A stretch of DNA of 32,000 bases from Candidatus Methylomirabilis oxygeniifera. GTDB taxonomy: Bacteria; Methylomirabilota; Methylomirabilia; Methylomirabilales; Methylomirabilaceae. Under the pieces are notes generated by a model. It did no database searches and had not been told where the DNA came from. It was given only the letters and a program-made list of their open reading frames with translations. Position numbers and translations under genes: made by a program. Positions 18,134-26,602 of this stretch are shown here, one piece after another (positions within the stretch are counted from its first letter, which is position 1; each line of letters starts with the position of its first letter). The stretch lies in assembly GCA_000091165.1 (NCBI GenBank), contig FP565575.1, positions 1,350,001 through 1,382,000 of the forward strand. Reading direction: 5' to 3'.

Positions 18134-18664
18134 TTACGAAGGGGGCGCCGCAGCCGCTGCTTCGACCTTCTCGGGCTCAGGCGCCGGGGCCGGCACAGGC
18201 GGCTTTTCGGGGGTCGTGGGAGAGGGGTAGAAGCGCTCTGCCGTCAAGGCCTTCAGATCAAAAACCAGGCCGCTGCGCGCATCGGAGCTGAGTTCGCCGA
18301 TCCTCGTCCACATCGTAATGGCGTCGAAGGGGCACACTTCGACGCAGAGGTTGCAGTACATGCAAAGATTATGGTCGATGGTAAAGGCGGATGGGTGGCG
18401 GTTCTTGCCTTTACCGGTCCCGGTAAGCTCGATGCAGCGAGTGGGACAGATTCTGGCGCATGCCTCGCAGGCGGTACACTTAAGCTGTCCGGTTGTCTCG
18501 TCGATTCTGAGCACGTGGCGGTTCAGCGCACGTAACGGTTGTGGCCTCTGCTCATCGGGATACTGGACAGTGATGGCGCGGGTAAAGAGGTAGCGGAGCG
18601 TCACCTTCATAGAGCGAAGGATGCTCGCGCTGCCGCCGAACAGGTCTGAAAAGTAGCTTCCCAT
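18134..18664 (-). CDS. nuoI: NuoI-like 4Fe-4S protein (second copy), Pro/Ala/Glu-rich C-terminal tail
   Basis: CTACEACARICPTRCIEL and CMYCNLCVEVCPFDAI; tail PEKPPVPAPAPEPEKVEAAAAAPPS. Confidence 0.87.
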   Translation of the reverse strand: MGSYFSDLFGGSASILRSMKVTLRYLFTRAITVQYPDEQRPQPLRALNRHVLRIDETTGQLKCTACEACARICPTRCIELTGTGKGKNRHPSAFTIDHNLCMYCNLCVEVCPFDAITMWTRIGELSSDARSGLVFDLKALTAERFYPSPTTPEKPPVPAPAPEPEKVEAAAAAPPS

Positions 18665-18675
18665 GATACCCTCCC

Positions 18676-19206
18676 TCAGACCGCCGCCAGGGGCTCGGGC
18701 AGTGAAGGTCGGCCGCCTGGTTTCGCGCGCTCGCCGCGCATAATCTGGTCCTGCAGGGTCAGAATGCCGAAGATAAGCGCCTCAGGCGTAGGTGGACAGC
18801 CAGGCACATAGACATCGACCGGAACCAGCAGATCCACTCCCTTAACGACGTGGTAGGCATCATAGTAGAAGGGGCCGCCGGAGATCGCGCATGCGCCCAT
18901 GGCAATCACCCACTTGGGGTCGGGCATCTGCTCGTAGAGGGTCTTGATGCGGGGTGCCATCTTCTCGGTGACGGTGCCGGCCACAATCATGACGTCGGAC
19001 TGACGCGGCGACGGACGAAAGACCCCCGCCCCGAGGCGGTCAAGATCAAAGCGAGAGGCGCCGGCAGCCATCATCTCTATCGCGCAGCAGGCCAGACCGA
19101 AGGTCATGGGCCAGGGGGAGGACTTGCGTGCCCAGTTAAAGAGCCACTCGACCGTCGTCGTGATAACATTCGGGTCGGCTTGTCTGTTATCGAACAATCC
19201 CATCAC
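18676..19206 (-). CDS. nuoB: NADH-quinone oxidoreductase subunit B (second copy)
   Basis: [76 protein letters not shown]. Confidence 0.94.
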   Translation of the reverse strand: MMGLFDNRQADPNVITTTVEWLFNWARKSSPWPMTFGLACCAIEMMAAGASRFDLDRLGAGVFRPSPRQSDVMIVAGTVTEKMAPRIKTLYEQMPDPKWVIAMGACAISGGPFYYDAYHVVKGVDLLVPVDVYVPGCPPTPEALIFGILTLQDQIMRGERAKPGGRPSLPEPLAAV

Positions 19207-19249
19207 TAGTCTCCTTGCTCAGAAAATGTCTGCCGAGTCTATTGAGTTT

Positions 19250-19300
19250 ATTGGGTCTCTTGAGTTCGCTCGATAGGCTCGATAACCCAACAGACCCAAT
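19250..19300. repeat. Intergenic inverted repeat between nuoG and the second nuoB
   Basis: ATTGGGTCT (19250-19258) and AGACCCAAT (19292-19300) are perfect 9 nt arms; the spacer also contains gataaccca. Confidence 0.5.
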
Positions 19301-19308
19301 GGACGCAA

Positions 19309-20943
19309 CTAACTCGCTGCCGGCGTATCCGCCAACGGCACTCCCAATTCACCAATACTCTCGTACGTCACGTCTGCGCATACCGGAACCGAGCGGGCGA
19401 GTTCATTCCACACCGCTTCCGTATTCCCTTCCGTCAGGGGAAGTTCCATTCGGTATGCGAGACGCTGAAGGAACTCAACAAGCGGAATCGTGCGACCGAA
19501 CGGCTCCAGCGCCGGGTGGAGGCGCTGAACCCGTCCCGCACAATTTGTGAATGTCCCTTCCTTTTCGTAACTGCTCAATCCTGGGAGAACAACATGCGCC
19601 AGTTTTGCCGTCGCTGTCAAGAACAAATCGTGAACGACCAGTAACTCCAACTTCTTCAGCGCCTCGGCAACGGCGAACTCTCCCGATAGGGCGGCCACCA
19701 GGTCCTCCTCGAAGACGAGTAAGGCCGCCAGCCTACCTTCAGTTGCGGCGCTCAGCATCTCTCTGGTCCCCATCCCTTGGGTCTTGGGAAGCAGTCCCAG
19801 CAGGCGCATCCCGACTGAGTTGGGGTACTTATCGGTCCGCCGAAGCAGGTCATCTTCCGGGGTATCCCCGCCGGGCTCCTGAGATCGCTTCACTCGGTAA
19901 TCGATATGCGAAATGCCGAGTCGATCCTTAAACAGTTGCCGAATCAGGAATGCCTCCTCATTGGTTAGCCGTGCCGATGCGATCACACCGATCGCCTCCG
20001 TTCCCTTCTCCCTGCGAATCCGAACAAGGTTGTCGGCAATGCGCCCTATCGCCTCATCCCAGCTTGCCGGAAGCAACTCACTCTGTTGCTCTATCAATGG
20101 CATTCCAATCCGTCCCGGATCTTCGGCGAAATGGAACTCGAAGCGGCCCTCGTCACAGATCCAGTGGCCGTTGACCGCATTGTTCACTCTGGGACGGATA
20201 CGGAGCATCTGCGCGCCCCGCTCCTTATATCGAACATCCACCGTGATGTTGCACCCGGCACTGCACAGCCCGCATATCGACGGGACCTGTTTGATCAGAT
20301 CCCATGGTCTGGCCTGAAAACGATAGTCCCGGCTTGTTAGCGCCCCAACAGGGCAAAGGTCGATCACATTCCCCGAATATCGGTTATCCAGGCTTCGTCC
20401 GGGAAAGAGGCCGATCTCGGATCGGTCGCCTCGGCCGAACACGCCCAGCTCCGACGTGCCCGTCACATCCTGACAAAACCGGACGCAGCGTGTACACAGA
20501 ATGCACCGCTCCGCATCAAAGATAATGAATGGCCCGATCGGCTGGTGCTTGACCCGATGGATTTTCGGTTCGATAAAGCGACTTTCACCGGGACCGAATT
20601 TCAGTGTATAGTTTTGGAGCGGACACTCTCCCCCCTTGTCGCACACGGGACAATCAAGCGGGTGGTTCAACAGTAGAAACTCGAGCACCGCATTCCTGGC
20701 CTTCTTCACGCGGTCCGAGGCCGTCAGCACCTCCATCCCATCCGCAACGGGGGTCGCGCACGAGATCACCAGTTTTGGGTTGCCCTGCACCTCGACCTGA
20801 CACATCCGACAACTGCCCACTACTCGCAGCTTCGGATGATAGCAAAAATGCGGAATCTCACCGCCGGTCTGCAGGACCGCCTCAAGAATTGACGTCCCGG
20901 CAACAACCTGTACCGGCCTCCCATCAATGATCAGTTCAACCAA
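19309..20943 (-). CDS. nuoG: NuoG-like NADH-quinone oxidoreductase subunit G / molybdopterin oxidoreductase
   Basis: 2Fe-2S ferredoxin region (IPHFCYHPKLRVVGSCRMCQVEV), NHPLDCPVCDKGGECPLQNYT, CILCTRCVRFCQDVTG, CGLCSAGCNITVD. Confidence 0.93.
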   Translation of the reverse strand: MVELIIDGRPVQVVAGTSILEAVLQTGGEIPHFCYHPKLRVVGSCRMCQVEVQGNPKLVISCATPVADGMEVLTASDRVKKARNAVLEFLLLNHPLDCPVCDKGGECPLQNYTLKFGPGESRFIEPKIHRVKHQPIGPFIIFDAERCILCTRCVRFCQDVTGTSELGVFGRGDRSEIGLFPGRSLDNRYSGNVIDLCPVGALTSRDYRFQARPWDLIKQVPSICGLCSAGCNITVDVRYKERGAQMLRIRPRVNNAVNGHWICDEGRFEFHFAEDPGRIGMPLIEQQSELLPASWDEAIGRIADNLVRIRREKGTEAIGVIASARLTNEEAFLIRQLFKDRLGISHIDYRVKRSQEPGGDTPEDDLLRRTDKYPNSVGMRLLGLLPKTQGMGTREMLSAATEGRLAALLVFEEDLVAALSGEFAVAEALKKLELLVVHDLFLTATAKLAHVVLPGLSSYEKEGTFTNCAGRVQRLHPALEPFGRTIPLVEFLQRLAYRMELPLTEGNTEAVWNELARSVPVCADVTYESIGELGVPLADTPAAS

Positions 20944-21040
20944 AGGAACACCCCATAAGGCCCGACCTCACCACGACTCACGCCAATGCTGCCCGAGCAG
21001 GCGATTAGCTCTTTCCGGTACGCCCCTCTGCTCTATCGAA

Positions 21041-21072
21041 AGCTGACGGCTAAGCGCTGACTGCTGAACGCT
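21041..21072. repeat. GCTGA/TCAGC-type heptad repeat
   Basis: agctgacggctaagcgctgactgctgaacgct; reverse complement agcgttcagcagtcagcgcttagccgtcagct matches the style of the 24799 and 25682 elements. Confidence 0.5.
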
Positions 21073-21170
21073 ATTTCCTGACTAAACTATAGTAGAGCTT
21101 CCAGACGGTGTCAACTGCAAAGCCGCCGATTCTGCACGTCTCGCGCGTCGTCTCCACCCTCGCTTTCACC

Positions 21171-21199
21171 TTGACTTTGCGTCACTCCAAGACTATCGT
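21171..21199 (+). promoter_or_regulatory. Candidate sigma70-type promoter upstream of the CBS gene and korAB
   Basis: TTGACT - 17 nt - TATCGT on the plus strand in the divergent nuoG / CBS intergenic region. Confidence 0.3.
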
Positions 21200-21296
21200 T
21201 AAGATGATAAGAAGACGCGGTGAGGGGGCAAGATAGCGAGAGGGAACGGCCGGCATTTTTGAGCACTCCGGTATCGAGATCGGGAGGCTGAGCATT

Positions 21297-21822
21297 ATGG
21301 CTATCGCCGCAAGCGAATTTGAAGACGCTTACAACGACGTTGAGACCGAGGAGGACGCTGAGAAACTCTGTTGCGCCATCTTGACGGAACCGATCCGAGG
21401 ATTGGGATTTCGGGAGCCCATTTACGTTCAGTCCGCTACCACCGTGCGGGATGCAACGACGGCAATGAACGACGCTCACGTCGGCTGTGTGCTGGTGATG
21501 GAAGGCGACCGACTTATCGGAATCTTCACGGAGCGTGACCTCCTGAAGAAGGTGGTCGGCCAGCTCGATCTGGACAGGTCCATCGGGGATTATGACGCCG
21601 AATCCTGAGACCGTGGGGATAGATGACGGTATCGCCTACGCTCTCAACAAGATGCATATCGGCGGCTACCGTCATATCCCGGTGCTTGACCGACAGGGCC
21701 GACCGGTAGGCGTCGTATCGATGCGCGACGTCGTCAGGTTCATCGTCTCCCTGTTCCCCGCCGCAGTGCTCAATGTACCGCCGGAGCCAGGTCTCGCAGC
21801 GCGAGGGCTCCACGGTGGTTAG
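21297..21822 (+). pseudogene. CBS-pair domain protein split by a frameshift
   Basis: ORF 21297-21608 carries CBS domain 1 (YVQSATTVRDATTAMNDAHVGCVLVMEGDRLIGIFTERDLLKKVV). ORF 21592-21822 in the +1 frame carries domain 2 (MTPNPETVGIDDGIAYALNKMHIGGYRHIPVLDRQGRPVGVVSMRDVVRFI). Confidence 0.8.
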
Positions 21823-21859
21823 TCAACGATTGAACCCCATCCGACATGAAAGGGTTTAG

Positions 21860-23770
21860 ATGAGCGACATCGAGAACACGCAGTCTACACCCGTAGTCCG
21901 GCCCCAACCGATGACCGAACTGGAAACGGTCGTTATCCGATTTGCCGGCGATTCAGGCGACGGGATGCAACTGACCGGCACGGAATTTACCAAGAGCGTT
22001 GCACTGGAAGGGAGTAACCTGGCGACGTTCCCGGATTACCCGTCTGAGATTCGGGCGCCCGCAGGAACGCTGGCCGGCGTATCGGCCTACCAGGTTCACT
22101 TCTCGAGTCAAGAGGTGTATACCTCGGGCGATCAGCCGGACGTCCTGGTAGTCATGAATCCGGCCGCGCTGCGGATTAACCTGCCGGACCTGCCGCGCGG
22201 AGGGATCATTATCGCCAATGTCGGTTCATTTACGCAGTCCAATTTTGAAAAGGCAGGGTATAAAGCTAACCCACTTGAGGACGGCAGCCTGTCCGGTTAT
22301 CAGGTATTCGCGATCGACATCTCAAAGCAGGTGGCGCTCGCGCTGGAAGGAATGGGGCTGACAGCCAAAGAGGTCGGACGCTGTAAAAATTTTTACGCCC
22401 TCGGCGTGATGTTCTGGCTGTACAGCCACCCGATGGAGCGTGAGGAGAAGAGCATCCGGGCCAAGTTTCAGAAGAACCCGAAGATTGCGGAAGCCAACAT
22501 CAAGGCGTTTCGGGCGGGCTACTATTACGGCGAGACCGCCGAGCTGTTCCCATCCCGCTACGTCGTGCCTCCTGCCGTTATCGCGCCCGGCACCTATCGC
22601 CACATCACCGGCAACGAAGCCACGGCGGTCGGTCTTATCACCGGGGCGCAACTCGCGTCGTTGCCGCTCTTTTGCGGAACCTACCCGATCACGCCGGCCT
22701 CCGACATCCTGCACACCCTGGCAATGTATCCACACTACAACGTGATGACATTTCAGGCCGAGGATGAGATCGCCGCGATCACCGCGACAATCGGAGCGGC
22801 CTATGCGGGCGCGCTCGGGGTCACCACAACATCCGGTCCAGGCATGGCGCTTAAAACTGAAGCGATCGGCCTTGCGGTCATGGCCGAGCTCCCGCTGGTC
22901 GTCGTGAACGTCCAACGGGGCGGACCGTCCACCGGGCTGCCGACGAAAACCGAACAGGCCGACCTCTTCCAGGCGGTCTTTGGGCGGAACGGCGAATGTC
23001 CGGTCGTCGTGATTGCACCCGCAACGCCGAGCGATTGCTTCTGGACGGCCATTGAGGCCGCCAGGATCGCCATCCGCCATATGTGTACGGTGATCTATCT
23101 GTCGGACGGCTACCTGGCCAACGGCGCCGAACCCTGGAAGCTCCCGGAGGTCGCATCGCTGCCGAAAATCCCGGTCACGTTCAGAACCGACCCTGAAGGG
23201 TTCTTCCCCTATCTGCGCGATCCCGAGACGTTGGCGCGCCCGTGGGTCGTCCCCGGAACACCGGGCATGGAGCACCGGATCGGTGGTCTTGAGAAGGAGG
23301 ACGTGATCGGGAATGTCTCGTACGAAGCAAAAAACCACGAGCATATGGTCCGGATACGGGCCGAGAAGATCGCACGCATCGTCCACGAGATCCCGGAGGC
23401 GACGGTCTATGGCGATCCGTCCGGCGATTTGCTCATTGTAGGATGGGGCTCAACCTACGGAGTAACCACGCAGGCAGTCAAGAGCCTCCGTCGGCGCGGC
23501 TACCGTGTGTCGGCGCTCCACCTGCGCTATCTGAACCCGATGCCGGCCAACATTGGCCGGGTGCTGGCGAACTTTCGACGCGTGCTGGTCGCAGAAATGA
23601 ACCTTGGACAGTTGCTCACGATGCTGCGGGCGCAGTTTCTGGTTGACGCGGTGGGGTTCCATAAGGTCCAGGGCAGGCCATTCAAGGTCTCAGAAATCGT
23701 GGTAAAGGCGGAAGAACTTTTAGGCGCGCGCGAACAGGCTGCGCTCTGTACGCACGCGGAAATGGTGTAA
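21860..23770 (+). CDS. korA: 2-oxoacid:ferredoxin oxidoreductase, fused gamma-alpha subunit (2-oxoglutarate type likely)
   Basis: Gamma domain RFAGDSGDGMQLTG; alpha domain GNEATAVGLITG, YPITPASDILHTLA, TTTSGPGMALKTEAIGLAVMAELPLVVVNVQRGGPSTGLPTKTEQADLFQAVFGRNGE. Confidence 0.92.
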   Translation: MSDIENTQSTPVVRPQPMTELETVVIRFAGDSGDGMQLTGTEFTKSVALEGSNLATFPDYPSEIRAPAGTLAGVSAYQVHFSSQEVYTSGDQPDVLVVMNPAALRINLPDLPRGGIIIANVGSFTQSNFEKAGYKANPLEDGSLSGYQVFAIDISKQVALALEGMGLTAKEVGRCKNFYALGVMFWLYSHPMEREEKSIRAKFQKNPKIAEANIKAFRAGYYYGETAELFPSRYVVPPAVIAPGTYRHITGNEATAVGLITGAQLASLPLFCGTYPITPASDILHTLAMYPHYNVMTFQAEDEIAAITATIGAAYAGALGVTTTSGPGMALKTEAIGLAVMAELPLVVVNVQRGGPSTGLPTKTEQADLFQAVFGRNGECPVVVIAPATPSDCFWTAIEAARIAIRHMCTVIYLSDGYLANGAEPWKLPEVASLPKIPVTFRTDPEGFFPYLRDPETLARPWVVPGTPGMEHRIGGLEKEDVIGNVSYEAKNHEHMVRIRAEKIARIVHEIPEATVYGDPSGDLLIVGWGSTYGVTTQAVKSLRRRGYRVSALHLRYLNPMPANIGRVLANFRRVLVAEMNLGQLLTMLRAQFLVDAVGFHKVQGRPFKVSEIVVKAEELLGAREQAALCTHAEMV

Positions 23771-23772
23771 CG

Positions 23773-24798
23773 ATGTCCCAGTGCAACATCCAGCAGGTCC
23801 CTCAACTGACGCGCAAGGATTTCATCTCGGACCAGGATGTCCGATGGTGCCCCGGCTGTGGCGACTACGCCATCCTGGCCGGCATACAGCGGGTGATGCC
23901 GGAACTGGGCATCCCGCGCGAGAAGATCGTCTTCGTCTCCGGAATCGGCTGCTCCTCGCGGTTCCCATACTACATGAACACCTACGGGTTCCACTCGATC
24001 CACGGACGGGCACCGGCGATAGCGACGGGTATCAAGTTGACACGGCCCGATCTGATGGTGTGGGTGATCACCGGTGACGGCGACGGTCTGTCGATCGGCG
24101 GCAACCATTTCATCCATACGATGCGGCGCAATGTCGACCTGAAGATCCTGCTCTTTAATAACCGCATCTACGGCCTGACCAAGGGCCAGACCTCGCCGAC
24201 CAGCGAACAGGGCATGAAGACCAAGTCGACACCGTTTGGAGCGCTCGACCGCCCATTTAATCCGCTTTCGGTGGCCATCGGGTCGGCGGCGACGTTCGTC
24301 GCGCGATCGATCGACATCGACAGCCCGCATCTACAATATGTCCTGCGGCGCGCGGCTGAGCACAAAGGCACGGCCTTCGTTGAGCTGTACCAGAACTGCA
24401 ACGTCTTCAATGATGGGACATGGGAATCGGTCACCGATAAGGACGTACGGAGCGATCGACTGCTGGTTTTGGAACACGGCAAGCCGTTGGTGTTCGGGAA
24501 AGAGCGGAAGAAAGGGATCCGGATGCGCCCCGATATGTCCCCGGAGGTTGTCGAGATTGACGGCAATACCTCAGGGCTGCTGATCCATGACGAGAGACGA
24601 CAAGATGAGGGCTACCACTTCATGTTGTCGCGGCTCACAACCCCGGGGTTCCCGGAGCCGATCGGGGTGCTGCGCGCCGTCCGCGAGCCGACCTATGAGG
24701 AGTTGATGACCGAGCAAAGCCGCACCGTCATCCAGCGACAGGGCAAAGGCACCATCGAGAAGCTCCTGCACGCCGGAGAGACATGGGTAGTTTCGTAA
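23773..24798 (+). CDS. korB: 2-oxoacid:ferredoxin oxidoreductase, beta subunit
   Basis: DVRWCPGCGDYAILAGIQ, GIGCSSRFPYYMNTYGFHSIHGRAPAIATGIK, WVITGDGDGLSIGGNHFIH, NNRIYGLTKGQTSPTS. Confidence 0.94.
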   Translation: MSQCNIQQVPQLTRKDFISDQDVRWCPGCGDYAILAGIQRVMPELGIPREKIVFVSGIGCSSRFPYYMNTYGFHSIHGRAPAIATGIKLTRPDLMVWVITGDGDGLSIGGNHFIHTMRRNVDLKILLFNNRIYGLTKGQTSPTSEQGMKTKSTPFGALDRPFNPLSVAIGSAATFVARSIDIDSPHLQYVLRRAAEHKGTAFVELYQNCNVFNDGTWESVTDKDVRSDRLLVLEHGKPLVFGKERKKGIRMRPDMSPEVVEIDGNTSGLLIHDERRQDEGYHFMLSRLTTPGFPEPIGVLRAVREPTYEELMTEQSRTVIQRQGKGTIEKLLHAGETWVVS

Positions 24799-24836
24799 GC
24801 GATCAGCTTTCAGCCGTCAGCAATCAGCCTGAAGCT
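24799..24836. repeat. TCAGC-type heptad repeat immediately after korB
   Basis: gcgatcagctttcagccgtcagcaatcagcctgaagct: four TCAGC units at roughly 7 nt spacing, directly after the korB TAA. Confidence 0.6.
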
Positions 24837-24891
24837 ACACACCGCTTGTTCACGCAGTGAAGCCTTCCATACTCTCATAAAGGGGGCAGAT

Positions 24892-25674
24892 ATGAAGCAG
24901 GTGGAACCCCAGGTCTTTCTCCTGGCCAGACCGGCAATAGACGCCGATGGGCTCGCCGCCTATCTGCAGGCCATCGGCGCTCCCGGGTGGACGACCGACG
25001 CCCCCTCAGCGGCCGAGCAACTGATCGAGGTGGCAGGGCGCGCCTGTTACCGCTCGTTTGAGCCGGGCCTCAATCCTAATGTTACTAAGATCCGGGAGGG
25101 TAGTCACGCCTATCTGCAGAATATCCTGCAAGTGAAGCATGGCAGCGTCCTGGAGCACGCCAATTGGACCTTCGCATTCCTCCATGTCAGCCGGGTCTTG
25201 ACCCATGAGCTGGTGCGACACCGGGCCGGAACCGCCATCAGCCAGGAGAGCCTGCGCTTCGTGCGTCTGACCGATATCCCGATGTGGCTGCCGCCGGACA
25301 TCCGCGATAACCCTGAGGCGCGCGCGATCTTCGAGGAGGCGGTGATCAACGGGGAGAAGGCGCAACAACGACTGGCAGAGGCCTTAAAGATTGACGGGCG
25401 GCCGTTTCACGAGAAGAAGGTTCTCACCTCCGCCATGCGCCGCATTGCTCCTGATGGTGTTGCTACGACCATCATCTGGACCGCGAACGCCCGGACGCTC
25501 CGATGGGTGATCGAGTCCAGAACTGCACCAGGGGCAGAGGTAGAAATCCGCAGCGTCTTTGGGAAGGTGGTCGAGATCATGATCCGGGAGGCCCCGAACC
25601 TCTTTGGAGATTTTGCGGCGATCCCCTTACCCGACGGCACCTGTCAGTGGCAACCGGCTCATAGCAAGGTGTAA
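24892..25674 (+). CDS. thyX: FAD-dependent thymidylate synthase (ThyX), motif-divergent
   Basis: VKHGSVLEHANWTFAFLHVSRVLTHELVRHRAGTAISQESLRFV; RRIAPDGVATTIIWTANARTLRWVIESRTAPGAEVEIRSVF. Confidence 0.82.
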   Translation: MKQVEPQVFLLARPAIDADGLAAYLQAIGAPGWTTDAPSAAEQLIEVAGRACYRSFEPGLNPNVTKIREGSHAYLQNILQVKHGSVLEHANWTFAFLHVSRVLTHELVRHRAGTAISQESLRFVRLTDIPMWLPPDIRDNPEARAIFEEAVINGEKAQQRLAEALKIDGRPFHEKKVLTSAMRRIAPDGVATTIIWTANARTLRWVIESRTAPGAEVEIRSVFGKVVEIMIREAPNLFGDFAAIPLPDGTCQWQPAHSKV

Positions 25675-25681
25675 TACCGGC

Positions 25682-25758
25682 TAAGCGATCAGCTATCAGC
25701 TTTTCTGATACCCCTCCTGTTTTATCTGAGGCTGATGGCTGAACGATGACCGCTGAAC
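25682..25758. repeat. TCAGC/GCTGA inverted-repeat element between convergent thyX and the pentapeptide gene
   Basis: taagcgatcagctatcagctttt ... ctgaggctgatggctgaacgatgaccgctg. Confidence 0.6.
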
Positions 25759-25762
25759 ACCA

Positions 25763-26191
25763 TTACTCTTCGACAACTATTCCTAATGCTTTCAAGAACG
25801 ACTCGACTTGAGCTTTCTTGATCTTTGTCGAGCCGCCGCGGCCCCAAAACTTTACATGAAAGAGGTCGGCCTCATCGAGGTTAGCACCTGCGAAGTTGGT
25901 CCCCGCGACGTTGGCGTCCCGGAGGTTGGCACTTCTAAGATTAGCGCCGGCAAGATTGGCGTCCCGGAGGTTGGCGCCCTGGAGGTTGGCGCCCTGCAGA
26001 TCAGCGCCCTGAAGGTCGGCGCCTCCAAGGATGCCGCCCGCAAGGTCGGCATCCCGAAGATAGGCGTTTTTGAGATCGGCATTCATGAGGGGCGATTCCT
26101 TCCTGACTGCTTCAATCACGGCATCACGAACCGACTCTTTCGGTGATTCGTACACAACTTTGTCGTTTTTGTACCACGACACAATTCTCAT
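25763..26191 (-). CDS. Pentapeptide-repeat protein
   Basis: About 15 tandem A(D/N)LXX pentapeptides (ADLQGADLQGANLQGANLRDANLAGANLRSANLRDANVAG) with ~35-residue N-terminal and ~25-residue C-terminal flanks. Confidence 0.9.
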   Translation of the reverse strand: MRIVSWYKNDKVVYESPKESVRDAVIEAVRKESPLMNADLKNAYLRDADLAGGILGGADLQGADLQGANLQGANLRDANLAGANLRSANLRDANVAGTNFAGANLDEADLFHVKFWGRGGSTKIKKAQVESFLKALGIVVEE

Positions 26192-26317
26192 GCTCGCTAC
26201 CTATTATGACTGATATTGTGATATTAAACGCCGTTTCCTGAAATTCCGCGCGGCCGTACCAACTACACCCTCACACTCTGCCACAGAACAGCCAAAGCCA
26301 ATAATTAAACAAAAGCT

Positions 26318-26345
26318 AATATAATTGGGCTCAGCGGCGTGTCAA
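26318..26345 (-). promoter_or_regulatory. Candidate sigma70-type promoter for the pentapeptide-repeat gene
   Basis: Minus strand reads TTGACA - 16 nt - TATATT (11 of 12 consensus positions) in an AT-rich stretch, ~125 nt upstream of the start. Confidence 0.45.
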
Positions 26346-26602
26346 GAAAAAAATGGCTCCCTTTCAGGTCCTTCCTGAAAACCGGTGAGTGAAGATTGGC
26401 ATATCGGAGGCTTTCGCAGTGCACGCAACGGCGCTGCGTAACGCACCCTCATCCGAGTCCCAATGAGAAAGACAGGAGTCGTTCTAAGATGACTATTTCC
26501 CCTTGACAGGATAGGGAGGATATTACAAGCTAATTCGCACTGGTGCTGAGCGCTGACGGCCTGGGTACAGACGGCGAGTGACTGCAGAGCGGGGGACGGG
26601 CA

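Noticed and set aside
22322-23386. 354-aa minus-strand ORF inside korA
   Set aside because: Antisense to a strongly supported 2-oxoacid:ferredoxin oxidoreductase gene. Its composition is Arg/Gly/His-rich as expected from complementary-strand shadow ORFs in GC-rich coding DNA, with no recognisable domain.
23527-24330. 267-aa minus-strand ORF across the korA/korB junction
   Set aside because: Shadow ORF opposite two well supported genes; no domain signature.
26362-26380. Short hairpin tttcagg-tcctt-cctgaaa as a terminator
   Set aside because: Only a 7 bp stem with no following T-tract and not adjacent to a stop codon; too weak to call.
26503-26529. TTGACA followed by tattacaag as a promoter for the propeller gene
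   Set aside because: The -35 is good but the -10 candidates have poor match or spacing (12 or 15 nt), so it is not listed as a feature.
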